From contig CAVYGN010000002.1 of assembly GCA_963768055.1 (NCBI GenBank), positions 1,536,001 through 1,600,000 on the forward strand: DNA of 64,000 nt. Direction: 5' to 3'. This document shows positions 10,013 through 19,485 of this stretch, in pieces; position 1 is the stretch's first letter, and every line of letters begins with the position of its first letter. The DNA comes from an uncultured Spirochaetota bacterium. Its GTDB lineage: Bacteria > Spirochaetota > Brevinematia > Brevinematales > JAOACQ01. A program made the position numbers and the translations under genes. The notes beneath the pieces were generated by a model that was given only the letters and a program-made list of their open reading frames with translations, was not told the origin of the DNA and searched no databases.

Positions 10013-11350
10013 ATGAAATCAATAAGCTCCCTTTTCGTTTTACTATTTATCAGCTTCGTTCTTGTTTCCTGTGCCGAACAGAACGCATTGACAAAAGAAA
10101 ATCAGGACAAGGAATCGGATACAAATGTAAATGCATCTTTCCTTGAAAAGCAGGAAACAGAAGCGGATATTACCGTCAAGCATAAGATACTTATAACGCC
10201 TTTTGAATATGTATCCACAAACTCGAAATACTCAAATCCCGAGATTTACAAAACGATTATTTTCTCTTCATTCTATAATCTGTTTTCAGTGCTTCCAACA
10301 ATCGACCTTCCTGATAAAAGCGAACTTTTAAGTTTGAATCCTTCCGATGATACTATTTCAAACCTGGCAAATAAGTATCAGTGCGATTTCATCGTATTCG
10401 GGGATTATGGCCTCAAAGGCGACAAATCAAAACCGAACGCAGTCATAAACCTTAAAATATGGAATAAATTATCGGGTGCTATTATGACAGACAGCATAAC
10501 CACACCCACCGACATCGACCTTTTCGATGCCATCGATTCCCTTATGTCAAAGATGGTCAGGACAATGCTGAATGAAGAAATGAAGATAGCATATCTTAAT
10601 TTCAATAATTTCGACACAGGCAACGAAAACATCGGTATATTTATCAATCACAAACTTGTTGCCGAGCCGATTTCAAATAATTTCAAACTCAGCATGAAAA
10701 TATTATCAGGTAAAAAATATAATGTCAGCATCAGAAGAATGTTCGACGGTAAACTTCTTTCGGGCGCTTTCACCAACTTGAAGCCCGGGGAAACGATGAA
10801 TTTCAGCGCCACGAATTACAGGGTGAATCTTATAAAAAATGGTGAATTTGATAAAGTAAGTGAAGCCTTATATCTCAAAAATACCGGCGACGCATTTGAT
10901 ATTATTCAAAAATTATTTGAGCCTGAAGATATAGGTAAATGGCATTTAATAACAATGGATAGTGCTGAAGCCGAGGTAAAAATTGAAAGCGGGAACTGTT
11001 ATATCAAGATAAAGAATTGCGGCCTTTATTGGAATTCCATGGTCTTTGATATTGCCTCTGTTAAAATTGAATATGGTAAAAATTATCGTCTTTCTTTTAT
11101 GGCAAAATCTACTGATATCCGAGAAATTGGATTAAAAATTGGCAGGCATGGGAACGGTTGGTATAATTATATTGGTATTAATTATCGAGATCGGCCTAAA
11201 TATTTTCCCATAAATACAGAAATGAAGGAATACAATTGTATATTCAAGATGAATTATTTAACAGATGAAAAAGGATATTTAGAAATTTTCCTTCATGATT
11301 CCACAAATGATGTTTGGATAAAAAATGTAATGGTCGAAGAACTGGATTAA
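10013..11350 (+). CDS. Lipoprotein with TolB-N/CsgG-like domain and C-terminal CBM4/9-like carbohydrate-binding domain
   Basis: Lipobox FVLVS-C. NLIKNGEF...W...YRLSFMAKS...VWIKNV pattern typical of CBM_4_9. N-terminal domain resembles the 60243-61553 product. Confidence 0.6.
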   Translation: MKSISSLFVLLFISFVLVSCAEQNALTKENQDKESDTNVNASFLEKQETEADITVKHKILITPFEYVSTNSKYSNPEIYKTIIFSSFYNLFSVLPTIDLPDKSELLSLNPSDDTISNLANKYQCDFIVFGDYGLKGDKSKPNAVINLKIWNKLSGAIMTDSITTPTDIDLFDAIDSLMSKMVRTMLNEEMKIAYLNFNNFDTGNENIGIFINHKLVAEPISNNFKLSMKILSGKKYNVSIRRMFDGKLLSGAFTNLKPGETMNFSATNYRVNLIKNGEFDKVSEALYLKNTGDAFDIIQKLFEPEDIGKWHLITMDSAEAEVKIESGNCYIKIKNCGLYWNSMVFDIASVKIEYGKNYRLSFMAKSTDIREIGLKIGRHGNGWYNYIGINYRDRPKYFPINTEMKEYNCIFKMNYLTDEKGYLEIFLHDSTNDVWIKNVMVEELD

Positions 11351-11550
11351 AGAAATCTTAAAAAAAATTCCTTTTTCTCCATCTTAGCCAATTCGCATAT
11401 AATATCGATTCATTTCGCCAATATTGGTCAAAATAGCATTACGCTTACACCTTCAAAATGTAAAATCGGCTGACAGTAAAGCATTTTTTCAAGGCCGCCC
11501 CCCACGGGGGCAAGTGTTTAAATGTGCCGAAGGATCTGCGGTTTCAATTC

Positions 11551-12321
11551 CTAGTAGTATCCCCTTTTAAATATTAGTCCGCATGCCGGGACCGGAGATC
11601 TGTATTCAACAGGGAAAACGATTTTATCATTTAAGGCGTCCCTGACCATTTCAAGGCTTATATAGCCGTATGAGTAATTCAGGCAGGTTGAAACGATCGA
11701 CCTTATCATGCCGTTCAGAAAACCGCTTCCCTTTATGAAAAAAACGCACCTCACGCCTATCTCGGCAACCCTTAAATAATTTATACGCCTTTTAAAATTA
11801 ATATCGCTTTTGTAACCGTAACTGAAATTCTTGAATGAATGTTCGCCTGTGAAAACCCTGCAGATTTCCCGCAGCCTGGATATATCTATTTCATCCTGAA
11901 CAACATAAGAATAGCGGGAATAAAAAGGCAGCCATCTGGAAGACAATTTATCCAGCCTCGGAATTACAATTATAGAATATATATATTCCCTTGCCACGGC
12001 GGAAAACCTCGAATGAAAGTCATCCGGAGCCGGGATGGCGCTGTGTATGCGGATATCCCCAGGCAGCCTGCGGTTGAGTATGTATGAGAGTTTTTCTGCC
12101 GGAAGGGATGTATTATTAATCCTGAAATTGGCGGTATAGTAGACGGCATGAGCTCCGGCATCAGTCCTGCCTATGCCGGCAACTTTTACATGTTCCCTGA
12201 AAATTCCGCTAAGAGCTTTTTCGATTTCACCCTGGATGGATTTTGCGTTTTTCTGCTTCTGCCAGCCTGAATAAGAACTGCCGTCGAAGCTTAATGTAAT
12301 TTTTAGATTGATCTCTTCCAT
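11551..12321 (-). CDS. truA: tRNA pseudouridine(38-40) synthase
   Basis: FDGSSYSGWQKQ, GRTDAGAHA, FHSRFSA, GFLNGMIR. Confidence 0.93.
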   Translation of the reverse strand: MEEINLKITLSFDGSSYSGWQKQKNAKSIQGEIEKALSGIFREHVKVAGIGRTDAGAHAVYYTANFRINNTSLPAEKLSYILNRRLPGDIRIHSAIPAPDDFHSRFSAVAREYIYSIIVIPRLDKLSSRWLPFYSRYSYVVQDEIDISRLREICRVFTGEHSFKNFSYGYKSDINFKRRINYLRVAEIGVRCVFFIKGSGFLNGMIRSIVSTCLNYSYGYISLEMVRDALNDKIVFPVEYRSPVPACGLIFKRGYY

Positions 12322-12328
12322 GATGCGG

Positions 12329-12691
12329 TCAAAATGAATTAACTAATCGTGTTATCAGCTTATCGAAAATATTCAAATCCGGAACACTTGACGAGACTTC
12401 TTCTTTTTGCACTTTTTGATTTTCTACAGGGACGATTATAACATCCTGCATCGTTATAGGTTTTCCCATGGAGGAATAATCGTATGAAGAAAGCCTTTGA
12501 AGCTGTGCATCTATGCCGAGGCTGAGTTCCATTTTTTGGGCATTGAGGTTTTCAATTTCTTTCTGGATATCCCTGACCTTGAAATCATATTCCCTGGATT
12601 CAAGACGCTGTTCTACAAGTACGAATAAAAAACCGGTAAATAAAATAAAAATAACTGCGATCTTAAGTCCGGAAAAGCCGGATTTATTCAT
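12329..12691 (-). CDS. FtsL-like single-pass coiled-coil membrane protein
   Basis: One N-terminal TM helix followed by a coiled coil. Overlaps the rsmH stop, the canonical ftsL position. Confidence 0.55.
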   Translation of the reverse strand: MNKSGFSGLKIAVIFILFTGFLFVLVEQRLESREYDFKVRDIQKEIENLNAQKMELSLGIDAQLQRLSSYDYSSMGKPITMQDVIIVPVENQKVQKEEVSSSVPDLNIFDKLITRLVNSF

Positions 12692-13586
12692 TAGTTATCC
12701 CTCTTTTTTCAATGACCCTCAACTTTGCGCTTCGCGACGCCCTGTTCGTCTTCAATTCTTCCATCCCAGGAACAACAGGTTTTTTAGTCAGTATCGAAAA
12801 CCCTCCTTTTTTTTCAAGTTCCTTGAAAGAGTTTTTTACGATCCTGTCTTCAAGCGAATGATAGCTTAGAATAACAAGTCTCCCGCTGTCCAATAGATTA
12901 TCGACAAACCCTGGTATAAAACTTTCGAGAATTTGCAATTCTTTATTAACATAAATTCTAAGGGCCTGAAAACTTTTTGCGGCAGGATGAGTTTTTCCGC
13001 CGATCCTAGGCTTTTTAGCCCTCATAATAACGCCGGCGAGTTCCGCCGCGCTTTTATAAGGGCGGTTCCTGACGATTGCTGCGGCAATTTTCCTGCTCTC
13101 ATATTCCTCGCCATAGATATATAATATATCGGCTATTTCTTTTTCACTGAATTTGTTTACGACATCCCTGGCGTCAAAGCCTGTTTCCAACCTATTGTCA
13201 AGCCTCATCGAGAGTCCTTTCGGATCTGTATAGCTGAAACCCATGCTGTTTTCTCCAGTCAGGTGAAAAAGTGAAATTCCAAGGTCCGCTAATATTCCAT
13301 CGACCTTTGATATTTTTTCTAAAGACATAATGTCTGAAATTTTATCGAATGTGTCTTCGTAAAAAGTAATGTTTCCGTATCCTGCCAGTCTTTCCCTAGC
13401 CCTTGCAAGAATAGGCGCGTTCCTGTCGATGCATATAAGCCTGCCTGCAGGGATAAGGGGGGCTATGAGAGCCGAATGGCCTCCTTCGCCGCAGGTTGAG
13501 TCAATGATTATACTGTCCTCATGGAGATTCAGATATCCGATCACTTCATTCGGCATTACCGGCGTGTGATAAATTTTATCAGGCAT
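12684..13586 (-). CDS. rsmH: 16S rRNA m4C1402 methyltransferase
   Basis: HTPVM, DSTCGEGGHS, LADLGIS, FQALRIYVN, SYHSLEDRIVK, RSAKLR. Confidence 0.96.
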   Translation of the reverse strand: MPDKIYHTPVMPNEVIGYLNLHEDSIIIDSTCGEGGHSALIAPLIPAGRLICIDRNAPILARARERLAGYGNITFYEDTFDKISDIMSLEKISKVDGILADLGISLFHLTGENSMGFSYTDPKGLSMRLDNRLETGFDARDVVNKFSEKEIADILYIYGEEYESRKIAAAIVRNRPYKSAAELAGVIMRAKKPRIGGKTHPAAKSFQALRIYVNKELQILESFIPGFVDNLLDSGRLVILSYHSLEDRIVKNSFKELEKKGGFSILTKKPVVPGMEELKTNRASRSAKLRVIEKRGITNE

Positions 13587-13590
13587 CTGG

Positions 13591-16056
13591 TTATTTATCC
13601 TTTCTTACAGTGTTCTGAAGTTTAAGGAACATTGTAATTTCATTTCCGGTGATGTTATATCTGACTTTATCCATCACCTTTTTGACTATATAAACCCCTC
13701 GCCCGGATGGTTTTAGAAGATTATCGTCTTCCAGAGGGCTCGGTATGTTCCTGAAATCAAAACCTATTCCTTCGTCCTTGACCTTTATCACTATCCAGTT
13801 AATAAAAATCCGATAAATTATCGTAACCCTTTTCTGTGAACCGGACTTGTTCCCATGTTCCACCGCATTGATCATCGTTTCATAAAGTGCCGTATAGATT
13901 TTCCAGTTTTCTTCTTCGTCCAGGGGTACAATCTTATTTATACTTTCAGAGATCTTGAGTATGGCGTTATCTATTTCGAGAATATTGCTGGGTATGGAAA
14001 GAAATTTTTTATACCTCAATTCTTTATTAAGAATAATCAAAAGCATACTTATATCGTCGTCGGCGAATTGAGTAGAAGTCTTCAGCATTGTCATATATAT
14101 ATTATTAAGGATATACCTGGTACGGAGCTGAAGACTCTCATCGAAGATACCCATTAGATCTTCTATACGCGTCATCCGGTTGCCCTTCCTGAATGAGAGA
14201 ATTCCATCAGTAAAAAGAAGGATCTTGCAGTTTTCAGGAAGGCTTATCTTTATCCTCGCGTTATCGAACGGAACATTTTTCCTTACTCCGAGGGGGTATG
14301 TTATCCCCTGAAGAGTGGATATTTCTCTGGTTTTATCGTTATAAAGAACCGGGAAGGGATGTCCGCAATTTATATATTCAAGAGTACAATCCGACAAATT
14401 GACGATTCCGTAAAATAGGGTGATGAATTGATCCTCCGGCAGTATTTTTAGAAGGGCGAGGTTCAGATATTTTACAATATCTTCGATCTGCTGGCCCTCT
14501 TTCCGGGAATATTCGACCAGCATTTTCAGCATCGAGGTAAGCAGAGACGCCGATACTCCGTGCCCTGAAACATCGGCCATTATAATGCCTATGTGATAAT
14601 CGTCAATCTGCAGGATATCGCAAAAATCCCCGCCGAGCTGGGTCGAGGGCTTAAAGAAAGTTTCGAAGCGGATGAGAGAGGAGTAGACAGGGGGGATCGT
14701 CAGGACATGGTTCCATATCCTTTTGGCAGTTGCGAGTTCCTCCTCTATCAGATTCGTTTTTTCAGCAAGCTGGGCGTAAAGCTTATTTTCAAGGCTGATA
14801 TCCTGGAATGTCGCCTCGATAAGTTCTGCGTCTCCAAGGATTATTTTTTGAAGGTGGGCTGAAAAGACCCGTTTCCCCTGGTCGTTTCTGAGGCTGAATT
14901 TCAGGAGCAGGAAGTCCTGTTCAGGTATTTTGTTGGCCATTTCCCTGAAATTGTTATCAGGAATATTGAAATAATTCTGCAATAACTCCCCCTGGAGCTT
15001 ATCGGCCTCAGAAAATCCCAGAGAAGCTATAAAATTGTCGTTTACGAAATAAATGATCCCTTCCTGATTTATAATAGCCAGTCCGATAGGAAGTTCCTTT
15101 AAAAACTTTTTATATCTCTCCTCGGAAGCCTCGAGTTTTTTAAGAAGAAGATATTGAAGGGATTCGTCCAGGAGTATAAATATACCCCCCTTAATAATTC
15201 CTGTGTGGCTGTGAAGCGGCATTCCGTATATCTTAAGATTTTTATTGCCGTATAATGAGTCTTTCTCAAGCGTATGTCCCCCTATAATCTTGGCAAACAC
15301 GGACTTGTCGATTATCTGGTTAATTTCTTTTAGGCTGCCGGATGAAAAGGTTTTAAAACTATCGTTAGACTGGATAATATTTCCTTCCCGGTCCGTAACG
15401 CAAAGCGATACCGGATTTTTAATGAAAAGCCTGTTGAGAAATTCCTTCATTTCATTAAATTCAGAGTGAAATTCCCTTAAAAATAAAAGAATATTGAAAT
15501 GACGGCTTAAAATGCCCAGGCGGTCCCGAAGTCCTGAACTATTACAGTCTTCCCTGATGAAAAAAATAACGAAATATTTTACGTTATTTATGCCCGAAGT
15601 AAAGGGGTATATCGAGGCCTGACGGAAATGATTTTTTTTATCGTGTATTTCAAGCAATTTAATAAGCGAGTGTTTTTTTAAAACCCCGGAACGGTCAAAT
15701 TCCTGAACTGTGCTGTTATCTGTATTCATGCTTAGAAGATAATCCCTGATTTCCATGTCATTAACAATTACATTACTTTTAATATTAGTAATAAAAGAAC
15801 CGTCAAAACGCAATATTACACCGCTGATAATGCCTTCGGATGCAAGAATGCCAAGCATTTGAAACAGGGATTTTTCCACATTCTGGGAAGCGGCATGGTT
15901 TTTAAAAAGAAGAATTGCCGTTTCTTCAGCTTTTTTAAGTATTTTGTCCAATTTTGTAGAATTTCGGGCCGACCTGGAACCGAATGCATAACCGGCGATA
16001 AAAGCGGACGACGAAAAGATTACGGCTATAGAAATGTATATAAGTAAATTTTCCAT
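13591..16056 (-). CDS. Membrane-anchored PAS-PAS-SpoIIE/PP2C phosphatase fused to RsbW-like HATPase anti-sigma kinase
   Basis: N-terminal TM; two PAS-like segments; GGDF, ADVSGHG, NCGHP, FTDG, DDIS (PP2C); ETMINAVEHGN, DEGIGF, SGRGVY (HATPase_c_2). Confidence 0.85.
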   Translation of the reverse strand: MENLLIYISIAVIFSSSAFIAGYAFGSRSARNSTKLDKILKKAEETAILLFKNHAASQNVEKSLFQMLGILASEGIISGVILRFDGSFITNIKSNVIVNDMEIRDYLLSMNTDNSTVQEFDRSGVLKKHSLIKLLEIHDKKNHFRQASIYPFTSGINNVKYFVIFFIREDCNSSGLRDRLGILSRHFNILLFLREFHSEFNEMKEFLNRLFIKNPVSLCVTDREGNIIQSNDSFKTFSSGSLKEINQIIDKSVFAKIIGGHTLEKDSLYGNKNLKIYGMPLHSHTGIIKGGIFILLDESLQYLLLKKLEASEERYKKFLKELPIGLAIINQEGIIYFVNDNFIASLGFSEADKLQGELLQNYFNIPDNNFREMANKIPEQDFLLLKFSLRNDQGKRVFSAHLQKIILGDAELIEATFQDISLENKLYAQLAEKTNLIEEELATAKRIWNHVLTIPPVYSSLIRFETFFKPSTQLGGDFCDILQIDDYHIGIIMADVSGHGVSASLLTSMLKMLVEYSRKEGQQIEDIVKYLNLALLKILPEDQFITLFYGIVNLSDCTLEYINCGHPFPVLYNDKTREISTLQGITYPLGVRKNVPFDNARIKISLPENCKILLFTDGILSFRKGNRMTRIEDLMGIFDESLQLRTRYILNNIYMTMLKTSTQFADDDISMLLIILNKELRYKKFLSIPSNILEIDNAILKISESINKIVPLDEEENWKIYTALYETMINAVEHGNKSGSQKRVTIIYRIFINWIVIKVKDEGIGFDFRNIPSPLEDDNLLKPSGRGVYIVKKVMDKVRYNITGNEITMFLKLQNTVRKDK

Positions 16057-16202
16057 TTTATTATTAAAAGTTTTGAAATTTTATTCTAAAATACCGTCTT
16101 TGATTAATCAACTTTTTCTATTGAGAGAGGGAATATCGAGGCAGGTTTGTTTTTTTTTCTTTTTTAATTATATTTTATAAAAAAGGTAAGGAGGGGGCTG
16201 GT

Positions 16203-17069
16203 ATGCGCAAAATAAGAAAGGTCGTTAAATCCTCGAGAAGCGTGCCGACTATCGAGGGCGCAGGGGTCCATTTGAAACGGGCTTTCGGTTTTTTCCAGGA
16301 AAAAGAATTCGATCCCTTCCTTTTACTTGATGATTTTCATTCGGATAATCCTAGCGATTACACGGCAGGTTTTCCCAGGCATCCTCATAGAGGTATTGAG
16401 ACCGTGACTTATATTCTCCATGGTGAAGTGAAGCACGAGGACAGCCTTGGTAACAGGGGCACTATCGGTCCCGGGGGAGTCCAGTGGATGACCGCTGGAA
16501 GCGGAATTATCCATTCGGAAATGCCGCAGGAACAGCCGGATTATCTTCAAGGCCTCCAGCTCTGGATAAATCTGCCCGGATCGCTGAAAATGACCCAGCC
16601 GCGTTACAGGAACATCGAAAAGGAACAGATACCGGAAATATGTTCGGATAGCGGTATAATAATAAAGGTTATTTGCGGTAAGTATAACGGCATACCGGGC
16701 CCCGTCATCAATCCGTATGTCAATGTCGAATATCTGGATGTATGGATGCCGGTCAATGGAATGTTTATAAATATTATACCTGGAGATTATAACGTTTTCG
16801 CATACATTGTCAGCGGAGAGGGATTTTTTGACGAAGATGAAAAGGAGAAATACGGGCCCGAAAGCCTGGTAACATTCGGGAAAGGTGAAGAAGTCAGGAT
16901 CGAGGCCCGCAGCATAATGGAGTTTATGCTTATTTCGGGCAAGCCTTTGAAGGAGAAGGTAGCCTGGCGGGGACCTATCGTCATGAATACCCGGGAGGAA
17001 TTGGACACCGCTTTCAATGAATTGCGGGAAGGAACATTTGTGAAAACGGAGAAGATCATCGGGGTGTGA
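16203..17069 (+). CDS. Pirin family protein
   Basis: DPFLLLD, HPHRGIETVTY, VQWMTAGSGIIHSE, QLWINLP, GPIVMN. Confidence 0.93.
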   Translation: MRKIRKVVKSSRSVPTIEGAGVHLKRAFGFFQEKEFDPFLLLDDFHSDNPSDYTAGFPRHPHRGIETVTYILHGEVKHEDSLGNRGTIGPGGVQWMTAGSGIIHSEMPQEQPDYLQGLQLWINLPGSLKMTQPRYRNIEKEQIPEICSDSGIIIKVICGKYNGIPGPVINPYVNVEYLDVWMPVNGMFINIIPGDYNVFAYIVSGEGFFDEDEKEKYGPESLVTFGKGEEVRIEARSIMEFMLISGKPLKEKVAWRGPIVMNTREELDTAFNELREGTFVKTEKIIGV

Positions 17070-17100
17070 GGAGGCCGTTCAAACCGCCGGGCGATCGCGA

Positions 17101-17514
17101 TTATTGGACGAAAACAGAATATGCAATGCATACCCCGGAAGAATCAAGAACCTGCTCCGTCGTCCCGTTCCAGTAACAGGCTTTGACGTTATGATCACAT
17201 CCCGCCGTATACACATTGCCGTTATAGACAAAAATAGATTGTGCGGACCCTCCTGAAGAATCGAGGACCTGCTCAGTCGTCCCGTTCCAGTAACAGGCCT
17301 TGCTGTTATGATCGTAACCCGCCGTATATATACTGCCGTTATAGACAAAAATGGATTGCGCCTTGCCCCCGGACGCATCAAGGACATGCTCGGTCGTCCC
17401 GATCCAGTAGCAGGCGCTGTTGTTATGATCGTAACCCGCCGTATATATACTGCCGTTATAGACAAAAATAGATTGTGCGTATCCTCCTGAAGAATCGAGG
17501 ACCTGCTCTGATGA
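17101..17514 (-). pseudogene. 5'-truncated fragment of a 39-aa repeat (beta-propeller-like) surface protein
   Basis: The minus frame is open from 17529 to the stop at 17101 with no start codon. It encodes about 3.3 copies of EQVLDSSGGxAQSIFVYNGSIYTAGYDHNxKACYWNGTT. Confidence 0.7.
17138..17508. repeat. 117-bp tandem repeat, about 3.2 copies
   Basis: GAAGAATC recurs at 17138, 17255 and 17489, with a variant at 17372. Period 117 bp = 39 codons. Confidence 0.9.
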
Positions 17515-17515
17515 T

Positions 17516-17866
17516 TTATAAATGTACTTTCAAGGGCCTTATTTCTCTTTTGAGGGGGTCTAAAATAAAGCCCATTTCTTCAAGCGTTATTGCCCCTAAT
17601 AACGGTTCATCTTCGTCGCTTTCACCTAAAATAACAGGAGTATGCCCTTTACCTTCCGGAAGAACTATATAACATTCTGATATTCCCCGTGTTATGACTG
17701 TACCATCAGCTAAAATAAGCTCGGTTTCTCTTTCAGATTTTAAACCTAATTTTTCCCATACAGATTTTGGGAGCATTGAATAAGTTGAACCGCTATCAAC
17801 AAGGAATTTTATTTTCTCCTGTTTATTATTATTTGATACTACACCATCAACATATGTTATACCCAT
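17516..17866 (-). CDS. Clan AA (retropepsin-like) aspartyl protease
   Basis: FLVDSGSTYS catalytic motif, LADG, PLLGAITLE. Confidence 0.85.
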   Translation of the reverse strand: MGITYVDGVVSNNNKQEKIKFLVDSGSTYSMLPKSVWEKLGLKSERETELILADGTVITRGISECYIVLPEGKGHTPVILGESDEDEPLLGAITLEEMGFILDPLKREIRPLKVHL

Positions 17867-18213
17867 AATTTTACCTCTTTGAAATTATCGGATATATAAA
17901 ATCGTTTGTCAAGCGGTGCCGTAGATCAGCGCGCCGGAGAAAATTTTAACCGGAAATACCCCGAAAAACCCGCAAATTTCTAAATCTCCGGCCTTGTATA
18001 CATCCCGGCGGGAAAACTACATGCAGGGGCATTTTAGGGCTGTAAAAAAGGGCAATTTTGAGTATATACCCCTTAAAAACGGTCAATATAAGGCTTTAAA
18101 ATTATACGGGTTAAGGAGAAATATACGAACGGCGCATAAAAGAGGTCCCCACGTTGACCTTTTTGAGGCGTTTTTTGATAAAACCTTGCCGAAGCTCCCG
18201 GTTCAGAAGTTGT

Positions 18214-18921
18214 CTATTTTGCTCCGGCTTTTTTCAAAAGTTTTATGACAGTCGGGTCTGTTGCTAACATCAAAGCCGTCTTACCATCTTTATTTATATT
18301 TACATCGGCCCCCGCACCAATCAGTGCTTTGACTGTATATGCGCTCAAGCCTTCTTCGGCTGAGTACATTAAAGCCGTCTTACCATCTTTATCCGCTATA
18401 TTGACATTAGCTCCAGCCTTGATCAATGATTTAATAACGTTCTTATTGACCTTGGAACTTGCTATTATTAAAGCTGTCCTGCCATATTCATCAATTATGT
18501 TTAAATCAGCCCCTGCTTCGATCAATTCTTTAACTATTTATTTATAATTAGACCATTTACAGGCGGCCGCCTTCATTAAAGCAGTTTCGCCGTGTTCATT
18601 CACCACATTGACATTGAAACCGCAACTTATCATAGCATAAACCGCAGTCTCATTACCTGTGCTGGCCTCATACACCAAATCCGTAGTCCATCCAGCTTGT
18701 TTTAGCATCAGGGCACATTCAGCCATAATTTTACGATCTTTAAGAGAAAGCAATTGGTTATTTAAATTTGTGGAAGTTTCAATTTTAATATCATTGGATC
18801 CACATATAGAACATTTTGATATCATAAAGCTTGTTTTAGTTCCCGGTGAATACCCGAGTGATTTTGCAGCCTCTTCAGTATCCATAACAGTTCCACAAGA
18901 ATTACACTTATAGATTGCCAT
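18214..18921 (-). pseudogene. Zn-ribbon plus ankyrin-repeat protein split by an in-frame TAA at 18538-18540
   Basis: ORFs 18538-18921 and 18214-18525 are in the same frame: ...GETALMKAAACKWSNYK*IVKELIEAGADLN... N-terminal CxxC...CxxC and about 4 ankyrin repeats. Confidence 0.75.
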
Positions 18922-18962
18922 CTTATTACCCCCAAAATTTATTTTTATTTATCACCCTATCC

Positions 18963-19225
18963 CTAAAACAGCCCCTCCCCCTTCTCCATCTTCTCCCTGG
19001 CCTCCCTCAGCGACCTTTCCGCCTCTTCCCTGACCGCCATGCGCTCCGGGGAATCCGGCGGCAGGTTCAAAAGCCGCTTCTGCTTCTCTATCTCCTCTTT
19101 CTCCTGGGCCGAGGGATTATGATTGATCTTGAAATATATAAACTCAACCTTTTTCCCCTTTTTTCCCATATCGTAAGTGAACCGGATATCGGTTTTTTCC
19201 TCCAGCTCCCACTGGGCTACATTTG
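18963..19225 (-). pseudogene. C-terminal remnant of a plasmid replication initiator (Rep_3/RepB-like)
   Basis: VAQWELEEKTDIRFTYDMGKKGKKVEFIYFKI matches the Rep_3 WH2 pattern A..EL..KTDI.F.Y...K.GRKV..I.F.I. No genuine start; the upstream bases belong to another gene. Confidence 0.55.
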
Positions 19226-19485
19226 TTTTAAAATTCCTGATCCCATTCAACTTTATATTTATCAGAAAATGGACACCAATCTCTATGCCATCCCAATTCT
19301 TTACCATATCTGGCCGTTTCTTTAATATCAATTATCGTGTAGATATTACAGACATATTCAGGTATTACAATTTTATTTTCCGATAAGCGTTGAGAAAATG
19401 CTTCTATAGTAGGGGTACTATCGGCATTTCCGACAAAAGTACCGCTAAGCCTGTTTTCTCACAAAATTTCCTGAATTTTGTAGCG

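Noticed and set aside
17138..17508. Possible CRISPR array or DGR template
   Set aside because: Contiguous 117-bp units with no unique spacers; the variation is consistent with a protein-coding repeat.
17870..18210. Plasmid origin or oriT in the non-coding stretch
   Set aside because: No iterons or recognisable nic site could be supported.
18963..19331. 122-aa ORF as an intact gene
   Set aside because: Its N-terminal third is an off-frame reading of the 3' end of the transposon-split gene; only the Rep-like part looks real.
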